From an uncultured Alphaproteobacteria bacterium (GTDB lineage: Bacteria > Pseudomonadota > Alphaproteobacteria > Rhizobiales > Beijerinckiaceae): a DNA stretch of 64,000 nucleotides. The notes under the pieces were generated by a model. It did not search any database. It had not been told where the DNA came from and saw only the letters and a program-made list of their open reading frames with translations. The stretch is taken from positions 400,296-464,295 of the forward strand of contig CAVSYB010000006.1 of assembly GCA_963732155.1 (NCBI GenBank). The letters run 5' to 3'. Made by a program: the position numbers and the translations under genes. Positions 8,281 to 15,204 of this stretch are shown here, one piece after another (positions within the stretch are counted from its first letter, which is position 1; each line of letters begins with the position of its first letter).

Positions 8281-9135
8281 GTGATCATTCCGCCGCCGCT
8301 CATCGAGGCTTGTCGCAACTCGGCAAGACGCGAAGCGTGGCTGGCTCTGTTGCCCGACGCCATCGGCGCCCTGGAGCGGCGGTGGTCGCTCGCGCTCGGG
8401 ACGCCCTTCGACAACACCAGCTATTCGTGGGCGGCGCCGGCGACGCTGGCCGACGGGACGGCGGCGGTGTTGAAGCTCGGCATGCCGCATCTGGAAGGCG
8501 AACACGAGATCGACGCCCTGCGCCTGTGGGGCGGCGAGTCGATGGTGCGGCTTCTCGACGCGGACCGCGATCTCGGGGCGATGCTGCTGGAGCGCTGCGA
8601 GCCGGGCGCCCCGTTATGGACGCGGCCAAGGGATGAACAGGACGCCGTATTGGCCGCCGTCATGATGCGATTGCGGCGCGCTTCGACCGGCGCCCATCCG
8701 TTCCGGCGTCTGTCCGAGATGGCGGCGGTGTGGCGCAAGCGCACGCTGGCTCACCGCGAACAATGGCCTGACGCAGGGTTGGTGCGCGAGGGGCTGCGCC
8801 TGATGGCGGAGTTGGCCGACAATCCGCCCCGCGAGGCGTTGCTGCACACCGATCTGCACGCGGGGAACGTGCTTCAGGCGCAGCGCGAACCGTGGCTGGC
8901 GATCGATCCGCGGCCGTTCGTCGGCGACCCCGCCTACGACGCGACGCAGCACCTGCTGAACAATGGATCGAGATTGCGCGCCGACCCGGACCGAACAATT
9001 CGACGGTTCGCCGAAATCGCCGAACTGGATGCGGATCGGGTTCGCCTGTGGACATTCGCGCGCGCCGCGGCGGGCCCGCGGAACGATTGGCGCGACTTGA
9101 CGCTGGTCGAAATCGCGCGGGCGATCGCGCCCTGA
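8281..9135 (+). CDS. Aminoglycoside phosphotransferase family protein (APH(6)/streptomycin kinase-like)
   Basis: AVLKLGMPHLEGEHEIDALRLWGGESMVRLLDAD...AMLLERCEPG and the catalytic HTDLHAGNVL...IDPRPFVGDPAYD. GTG start. Confidence 0.75.
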   Translation: MIIPPPLIEACRNSARREAWLALLPDAIGALERRWSLALGTPFDNTSYSWAAPATLADGTAAVLKLGMPHLEGEHEIDALRLWGGESMVRLLDADRDLGAMLLERCEPGAPLWTRPRDEQDAVLAAVMMRLRRASTGAHPFRRLSEMAAVWRKRTLAHREQWPDAGLVREGLRLMAELADNPPREALLHTDLHAGNVLQAQREPWLAIDPRPFVGDPAYDATQHLLNNGSRLRADPDRTIRRFAEIAELDADRVRLWTFARAAAGPRNDWRDLTLVEIARAIAP

Positions 9136-9430
9136 GCGAAGCCGTTCGCGAGTCGGTTGCCGGCGCGCGGCGAATGCGGCCTTGGTCGATCGACGCGGCC
9201 GACGTTGGAAAGCCCCGCCTCGGCGCTCCCCGACGAATTCGGGTGACCGTCCGCCGCCCATGACCATCGAAGGAGCGTCGATGACCCCCGCGGCGGGCGC
9301 CCGCCGGCGGCGCGGGCGTCGGTTTGGCGATTGAGTCAACTGTCCCCCCATCCCCCGTAATCCCCGAAAACCGATAGACTGTCAGCGTCCACGATGGCGG
9401 CGGGGATTTTCACGGAGGTTTTGCCGGGCC

Positions 9431-9710
9431 ATGACAAGGCTGCTCCGAGACCTCGGCGCGCTGCTGCTGCTGCTTTTCGGCGCGATCGCCGGGGCGATCC
9501 TCGCGCCGATCGCCGTCTACGCGCTGATGGCGATCCTCGGCGTGGCGCAGTCCCTCTGTTGGGGGCCGACCGAATTCGGCCGCCAACTCCTGCCTGGTGG
9601 GGACCCTCGCCGGCCTCTACGTCTTCATGTTCCTGTCATGGATACCCGGCGCTTTCGTCGGCTTCTTCCTCGCCCTGCGATGGGTGAGAGCGCGCCGCCG
9701 CGGCAGGTGA
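9431..9710 (+). CDS. Possible small two-TM membrane protein, apparently frameshifted at a G5 run
   Basis: From the ATG at 9431 the product is LGALLLLLFGAIAGAILAPIAVYALMAILGV and then becomes Arg/Pro-rich. The +1 frame from about 9573 encodes a second clean TM, LVGTLAGLYVFMFLSWIPGAFVGFFLALRWVRARRRGR*, ending at 9710. The G5 run is at 9561-9565. Confidence 0.3.
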
Positions 9711-9879
9711 GAGGCCGCCCGCCCGGATCGACGTGACGGGGACGGTGGCGTTACGGGGGCGTCACCGGGACAGGGTATGCGATCCCTTATCTCATCGCCC
9801 CGCCGCCTCGGGCTTCGGCCCGGGCCTTCCCTTGCGCAGGCTTCGGGGTCGCGGCGGCGTCGCCGTCGGCCCGTCGCGC

Positions 9880-10563
9880 CTACCACACGAACGGAATAAG
9901 CCGCCAACGAAGGCGGCGCGCATAGTCATCGTAGCCTTGAAGGCCGTCGCGCAGCGCCTTCTCCTCGACGCCGATGCGAACGGCAAGGCCGAACGCGACG
10001 AGCGGGACCGTCGCCAGGCCCCACCACGAGCCGAGCGTCAGCGACGTCGCGGCGACATAGAACAGCGCGCCGAAATAAAGCGGATGGCGCACGATCGCGT
10101 AAGGCCCGGTGGTGACCACTTTCTGCCCGCGCTCCTTCTGGATCTTCACGACCGGCGCGGCGAAGCTGTTGGCGCGCATCGTCCAGGCCATGAACAACAT
10201 CGTCGCGAGGAGAAGCCCGCTTCCCGCTCCTTGCACGGATGGCGGCATGATCGACCAGCGCCAGCGCGCGGCGTCCGCCGCCATGAATCCCATGCCGCCG
10301 AACAACAGCAGCAGGATCGGCACGAGGATCAGCTTGTCGGCGAGCGGCTGATCCTTCTGCATCGGCGGCTTCAGCCGCTCCCTCAGGAGACCCGGATCGA
10401 CGCGCGCAAAATACAGCCCGAAGACGACGGAGCAGGCGATCATTTCGCCGAGATAAAGCCAGCCGCCGGCATAGCGAAGCGTGCCCGCCGCGCCGAAAAC
10501 GATCGCGCCCATGAAGCCGAACCAGACGATCGTCTGGACGAAGAGATTCAACGCGAGACCCAT
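9880..10563 (-). CDS. Isoprenylcysteine carboxyl methyltransferase (ICMT)/phospholipid methyltransferase family membrane protein
   Basis: Multi-TM protein with the C-terminal motif VVTTGPYAIVRHPLYFGALF...EEKAL typical of this family. Confidence 0.75.
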   Translation of the reverse strand: MGLALNLFVQTIVWFGFMGAIVFGAAGTLRYAGGWLYLGEMIACSVVFGLYFARVDPGLLRERLKPPMQKDQPLADKLILVPILLLLFGGMGFMAADAARWRWSIMPPSVQGAGSGLLLATMLFMAWTMRANSFAAPVVKIQKERGQKVVTTGPYAIVRHPLYFGALFYVAATSLTLGSWWGLATVPLVAFGLAVRIGVEEKALRDGLQGYDDYARRLRWRLIPFVW

Positions 10564-10770
10564 CTCTCACCGCTCCCGATCGAAGCGTAGGCTTTCGCGG
10601 GATGCGGCGCCGCGCGCCCCATCGCGGCCGCCGGGCGCGCCTGCAACTGCTCGGCGAGCGCGCGATCTGAATTGTGCCATTCGCATCATCTCTCCGCAGT
10701 CGCCCTCACCTCAACCCCTCCGCGGCGATCGCAAAGCGATCGTCCGGCGCAAGCGGGCGAGGGGTTTTTC

Positions 10771-10794
10771 CCTTCTCCCGCTTGCGGGAGAAGG
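10771..10794. repeat. REP-like GC hairpin (ccttctcccgc-ttg-cgggagaagg)
   Basis: A perfect hairpin is visible. It resembles the ctctccccgcaagcggggagag-type intergenic palindromes common in Rhizobiales. Confidence 0.5.
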
Positions 10795-10876
10795 TGGCGC
10801 GGAGCGCCGGATGAGGGCCTTCTCGATTCGACCCGACGGCCAACCGGCCGCCCCGCCGCCCGATTCGCATAAGCCC

Positions 10877-11154
10877 ATGTTTATGTCGACATGCGGCGGT
10901 CCGCGCGGCGGCCGCCAATGAGCCGGAAACGAGTGGCGAAATGCGCGCAAAGCGGGGGCTTTTCGCGTCCCCGCCGCGCAAAAGCGATGCCGGACGGGCC
11001 GGATTCGAGTAAAATACGGGCTCTTGTCGCGCGGGCGCCCGGGCGCGCCGCCCCTCGCACCGCTGGCCCGGCCATGGGCGATGCGGCTATAACCGGCGCC
11101 GGCGCCGGCGGCCAAGCGGGGGCGGGCCGCGATCGCCTTCTGGTTCTCCATCGG
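10877..11154 (+). repeat. Diverged direct repeat, copy 1 (homologous to the leader and first 9 codons of the isomerase gene at 14192)
   Basis: Shares with 13944-14217 the ttatgtcgacat block (palindrome ATGTCGACAT at 10883-10892), the cgcgtcccc...gcgcaaaa...gggccgattt blocks and the terminal ggggcgggcc..gatcg.cttctggttctccatcgg. The ATG is replaced by gcg and a stop follows at 11155. Confidence 0.6.
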
Positions 11155-11166
11155 TTGAGTGCGGTA

Positions 11167-11574
11167 ATGGGTAAATATAATTTGAGATCCTGGTACTGGA
11201 TATGTGCAAATGTATTGGGCGTAGGGCTATATTTGTATTTCGCGTCCGGACTATGGCCTCGGCCTGAAGAGGTCGGTATAGGTGATCTTGCTGGTAATGC
11301 GATTATTTTCGGCTTTACCGTATTGCCTGTACTAATAGCATTTATGTTAATAAATTTGCTATGGTTAGGCTTGATATTGCTTGGTTTGCGCAGAGGAAAC
11401 GGCTGGAGGCCAATTTTAGTTTGGATGCTCGTTATAGCTTCGTGGATTATTGTCAATCGATTTGACGTTTATAACACGAATCACGGAAGTGCATTCAGTA
11501 GGGTAAATATACCGCCAGCTTCCGTTCTGGCGAATCCTGCCGGCGGTCACCCGCGCCGGGCCGTAACCCCATAA
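11167..11574 (+). CDS. Hypothetical membrane protein (about 135 aa, 3-4 TM) in the low-GC island
   Basis: This is the low-GC part of track ORF 10891-11574, starting at the internal ATG: MGKYNLRSWYWICANVLGVGLYLYFASGLW...ILVWMLVIASWIIVNRF. The upstream high-GC part of that ORF is rejected. Confidence 0.5.
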   Translation: MGKYNLRSWYWICANVLGVGLYLYFASGLWPRPEEVGIGDLAGNAIIFGFTVLPVLIAFMLINLLWLGLILLGLRRGNGWRPILVWMLVIASWIIVNRFDVYNTNHGSAFSRVNIPPASVLANPAGGHPRRAVTP

Positions 11575-11579
11575 ACGGA

Positions 11580-11771
11580 TTACGCTGGCGGCCTGCCCGC
11601 ATTCGGGTTTCGGATGATGGTCCATCCAGTTCGGCGGAGTTCCTGAAGAACGACCCAGGCAGTGTAATTGTCACTCGGGGTAGGCTCATCGGGCTTCGGG
11701 TTCTCGCGGGCTTTATCGATTGCGGTTTCGATGACGGCGAGGATATCTTCGTAGTCGCTGCAATCGGTCAT
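11580..11771 (-). CDS. Small acidic hypothetical protein (63 aa)
   Basis: Track ORF, convergent with 11167-11574 (5-nt gap). No recognisable family. Confidence 0.35.
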   Translation of the reverse strand: MTDCSDYEDILAVIETAIDKARENPKPDEPTPSDNYTAWVVLQELRRTGWTIIRNPNAGRPPA

Positions 11772-11842
11772 GGCGTCGTTGCTCCCGCTTAGCGGAGGAT
11801 GTTACCCCTTTCAGGTGCTCGCGATCATGATTCAGCTTCGTC

Positions 11843-11959
11843 ATGAGCCGATATGACCTGACCGATTTCGAGTGGCGCGTGATCGAGCCGCTGCTGCTCA
11901 ACAAACCGCGAGGCGCGCCCGTGTCGATGACCGGCGGGTGCTCAACGGCATCTTCTGGA
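11843..11959 (+). mobile_element. IS5-family (IS427-group-like) transposase N-terminal remnant, frameshifted and truncated
   Basis: MSRYDLTDFEWRVIEPLLLNKPRGAP, then RVDDRRVLNGIFW in the next frame. This matches the conserved IS5/IS427 OrfA N-terminus, and similarity ends after GIFW. Confidence 0.7.
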
Positions 11960-12050
11960 ATTACGAATTCACGCCGTGCGCATCCTGTCTCCATCAAGGC
12001 CTCCCGGCCCCACATTCGCTACCGAGCCGTCGTTCGCATGGAGGCCATTG

Positions 12051-12145
12051 TTTTCATCCTCGACAGCTTGTCCAGGACGCGCGAAGCGCGCCGCCTCCGG
12101 CGGTCGCCCGTAGGGCGATCCTTGACAAGCTGTCGAGGATGAAAA
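12051..12145. repeat. 95-nt inverted-repeat element: 26-bp stem (1 mismatch) enclosing three GC mini-hairpins
   Basis: TTTTCATCCTCGACAGCTTGTCCAGG (12051-12076) pairs with CCTTGACAAGCTGTCGAGGATGAAAA (12120-12145). The loop contains gcgcg-aag-cgcgc, cgcc-tcc-ggcg and cgccc-gta-gggcg. Confidence 0.75.
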
Positions 12146-12494
12146 ACGCTCCGCCATGCGAAACGATCGATCACGCCCGACCGGCTGGACTATCGCGCGC
12201 CGCTTTGAGATTACGGTGATGGTGCGGGCGACGTTCACTCCATCACCGTAATACCGTGCGGGTCATGGGGCTGTCTCCGGGAATCGCGAGGACGTGAAGC
12301 GCATCGCGGGATTTCGTCGCGCGGCGACGAATACTCGAGCATCAAATCACGCGATGCCTATCATATCCAGGCAACCGAAATTTGCATTGATTCGCGAAGC
12401 CGGAATGGAAAACGGCTCTCCAATGATTCTAAAGTCTAAGATTGGGTAAATTCGTGAACTAACGCAACATTGCCGCTAAGCGAGTATTCACTTC

Positions 12495-13004
12495 ATGTCC
12501 TGGCAGTCTCTCCCAACGCCCGAAGGAACTGCGGAAGGCAGCGCGGATCTGAAACGGAAAGTGCGAATCCTCGTTGACGAGTCTTTGGGCCGCGATGTTG
12601 CGGACCAGCTAAGATACATGGGCTACAACGCAGTATTTGCAGTCGATGTTGGCCTCGCGGGAAAGGACGACAACGCCATCGCCTCTTACGGTTGGCGCGA
12701 GCGCCGAATGATATGGACCCACGATGCCGATTTCCTAGATGACCGCCTCGTTCCAGAGCATCGCAATCCAGGCGTCGTCGTGCTGCCCGGCGGAGACGGC
12801 GATCAACGCGCCATGATCATGGGCCTTGCGGTCGCTATCTCCGTGTTCGGGCACGGCCCGCAGACCTGGCGGCGATCAAAGTCCAGGATCAGCCCAACTG
12901 GCGAAATGACAATTCGGAGCCGTGACCGCAGCACCGGAGCGGTGACTTCGACACGATACCGGATGACGAAGGGTGAGTTCGCAGAAATATGGGTGGACGA
13001 TTGA
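12495..13004 (+). CDS. DUF5615-like PIN-fold protein (toxin-like), no adjacent DUF433 partner
   Basis: VRILVDESLGRDVADQLRYMGYNAVFAVDVGLAGKDDNAIASYGWRERRMIWTHDADF matches the DUF5615/Mut7-C-like layout. The 169-aa product has N- and C-terminal extensions relative to the ~110-aa family members I recall. Confidence 0.6.
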   Translation: MSWQSLPTPEGTAEGSADLKRKVRILVDESLGRDVADQLRYMGYNAVFAVDVGLAGKDDNAIASYGWRERRMIWTHDADFLDDRLVPEHRNPGVVVLPGGDGDQRAMIMGLAVAISVFGHGPQTWRRSKSRISPTGEMTIRSRDRSTGAVTSTRYRMTKGEFAEIWVDD

Positions 13005-13126
13005 AAGACCTACCTCGACTCATACGTGATGTTACGACCACACACCCGTATTTGCCGAATATTGCGAAGCGGGTCGGCGAAGCCGCGTATTAGGTAAAGA
13101 TGGGCGTGTCACCGCAATCTCGTAAT

Positions 13127-13672
13127 CTAGGTTTGCGACGGTGGCGGCGGCGGGGTGAACCCCATGCGTTGCTTTTCTACAGTTTCCCAAGGCTTCCTAT
13201 CGAACGCCTTTTGCATAGTGCTCACTATGTAATTATAGAGGAGCTTGGCTTCTTCACCATCCGACGTATCGAATTTAAAGCTCTTGTCGTGAATGGAAAG
13301 ATTGCACTGCTTGCCATCAAGAGAGAAGTAGACGACAAAAACATAACCGCTTTTTGGGAACGCGTTTGTCGCCGAGTCCATGGTAACGTGAATACCACTA
13401 ATCCAGCGACCATCTTCCTCGTGATCTATCACGTCGAATTGATGATTGAATTCAGGAAAACTGAATTCGCCGTTTTCCTCCTTAGTCACTTTCACTGGAT
13501 AAACATATCGTCTATTAGATCTGTCTCGATCAATATAACTACTTGGTGCTCCGATATACGTTGTCAGATCATTGCACAATTGTTGCATAAATCTTGCCGA
13601 GTCGACCCGGTATCTCCAGTGTGCATCGCTCCAGTTCTTGTAATTCTGTTGCAAGTCGCTGAAAATTGACAT
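13127..13672 (-). CDS. Hypothetical protein (181 aa), low GC, no recognisable domain
   Basis: Internal ATG at 13672 (MSIFSDLQQNYKNW...) with GGAGAG about 7 nt upstream. The N-terminal 73 codons of the track ORF are rejected. Confidence 0.55.
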   Translation of the reverse strand: MSIFSDLQQNYKNWSDAHWRYRVDSARFMQQLCNDLTTYIGAPSSYIDRDRSNRRYVYPVKVTKEENGEFSFPEFNHQFDVIDHEEDGRWISGIHVTMDSATNAFPKSGYVFVVYFSLDGKQCNLSIHDKSFKFDTSDGEEAKLLYNYIVSTMQKAFDRKPWETVEKQRMGFTPPPPPSQT

Positions 13673-13943
13673 GGATACTCTCCGATTAAACCAGCCAACG
13701 ATTTTCGGCGCCACCAAATTTCTAAAACAGTAGCAGACGACCCGGAACAAATAAAGAACAATCTTTGATCTTTCCAATCCATTAACGCACTCGCATTTTT
13801 CACAAACTCGAGATGTTGATAGCAAGTTCTGCGCAGCGTTTCGCGAAATAGAGCAAGGCATTGCAGGGACGTGATGCACCTTGCAGGACACCTTGGTCCG
13901 GCCATGCTCCCGCCGATCTGGCCCGGCGGAATCGATATCAACA

Positions 13944-14217
13944 TATGCTTATGTCGACATTCGCGGGTGCTTTTTGACGGCGCGGCGGAGGGGTGAATTT
14001 CCCCTTGAATTCGGGCGGAATCCGCGTCCCCTGCGTGCGCCGCCGGCGCCTTGGGCGCGCAAAACCCTGTCCGATGGGCCGATTTCACGCCGGATATGGG
14101 CGGCGTGGCCGGCCGCCGTTGGCTCCGCCTCTCCCCGCCCCGGGCGATTGCTGTAGACTGCGCATCGTCCGACGCCAGCGGTGGGGCGGGCCATGATCGA
14201 CTTCTGGTTCTCCATCG
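13944..14217 (+). repeat. Diverged direct repeat, copy 2 (leader plus first codons of the isomerase gene)
   Basis: See copy 1. Palindrome ATGTCGACAT at 13951-13960. Roughly 70% identity to copy 1, with indels, by eye. Confidence 0.6.
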
Positions 14218-14800
14218 GCGGCGCCTACACTGACCTTTCGGTGATGCGCCTCGACGACGTCGCGCGCGAAACGGGGATTTCGTTTCGCCGGCGCCCGTTC
14301 TCGGCGCCCGGATGATGATCGAGATGAACAACATCCCGTTCCGAGCCAAGCCGGCGAAGGCCGCCGAGAAGGCCGCCGATATGTGGCGGGACATCGAGCG
14401 GCGCGCGGCGATCACCGGCCTCGAATGCCGCGCGCCGGCGCCCTACCCGCTGACCGACTGGGACACCGCCAACCGGGTCGCCGCGCTCGCCGCCGCGGAG
14501 GGCCGGGTCGCCCCTTACGCCCGCGCGACCGATCGGCCGGGGTTCGGCGAAGGGCTCGAGCCGGGCGTCGAGCCGAACCTGTCGCGGAGCCTTCGCGCCT
14601 GCGGCGAGGACCCGGCGCGGGTCATCGCCGGCGCGGCGAGCACAGAGATCGGCGAGGCCTATCAACGGGCGACGGCCGAGGCGCGCGGGCTCGGCATGTT
14701 CGGCGTCCCGACCTTCGTCGTCGGCAAGGCGCTGTTCTGGGGCGACGACCGGCTCGACGACGCGACCGCCTGGCGTCGCCGTTCGCCGCCGGCGGCGTGA
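14192..14800 (+). pseudogene. 2-hydroxychromene-2-carboxylate isomerase (DsbA-like) with an apparent -1 frameshift near 14300
   Basis: MIDFWFSIGGAYTDLSVMRLDDVARETGISFRRRPF, then a stop. The next frame continues LGARMMIEMNNIPFRAKPAK...GMFGVPTFVVGKALFWGDDRLDD, which is the family signature. One base appears to be missing in ccgttc|tcggc. Confidence 0.7.
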
Positions 14801-14940
14801 ACGCGAGGGGCGACGCAGGCGGTTGACCGCGGGGCGCGGCGCGCGGCCCGGCCCCGACAAAATGTTGACGAAAAGAGAAATCGTGGCGAGGATGTTCCGC
14901 GGAGCAGAAACCGCGTCGCGGAACGGGTCGAGGGCGAAAA

Positions 14941-15034
14941 TCGCGTTTTCCAAATTTTTTCGAGGCTAACCCCCTGAAAATCCCCAATTCGGCCAAAAAT
15001 AGTTTTGGAAAAATTTGGAAATCCAAATTTTTGC
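14941..15034 (-). repeat. AT-rich palindrome-containing element, copy A
   Basis: Its reverse complement aligns with 23211-23304 (about 75 of 94 positions by my hand alignment, including a 34-nt perfect block). It carries the 10-mer AAAATTTGGA/TCCAAATTTT three times (palindrome at 15010-15031, distal copy at 14949-14958). Confidence 0.75.
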
Positions 15035-15204
15035 AGGCGGTCCGGGTGGCGCGAAGACGCCTTATTTTAATGGAGTTAATAGTTGCAATATCAATAGATT
15101 ATAGCACGATACTCGTTCGTCACATTATATACAAATCGCAACTGCTCATTTGTCCCGATCGCGTCCCGGCCGTGCATTCCAAGGAAATTTTTGGAGGCGC
15201 GGCG

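Noticed and set aside
10891-11166. High-GC N-terminal part of the 227-aa ORF 10891-11574
   Set aside because: It lies in repeat copy 1 with Arg/Pro/Ala-rich composition. A sharp GC drop and an internal ATG at 11167 mark the real gene start.
15001-15034. Possible sigma-54 promoter (TGG...TTGCA) within the AT-rich element
   Set aside because: The GG-to-GC spacing is 14 nt rather than the required 10 nt, and the -24 element lacks GGCAC.
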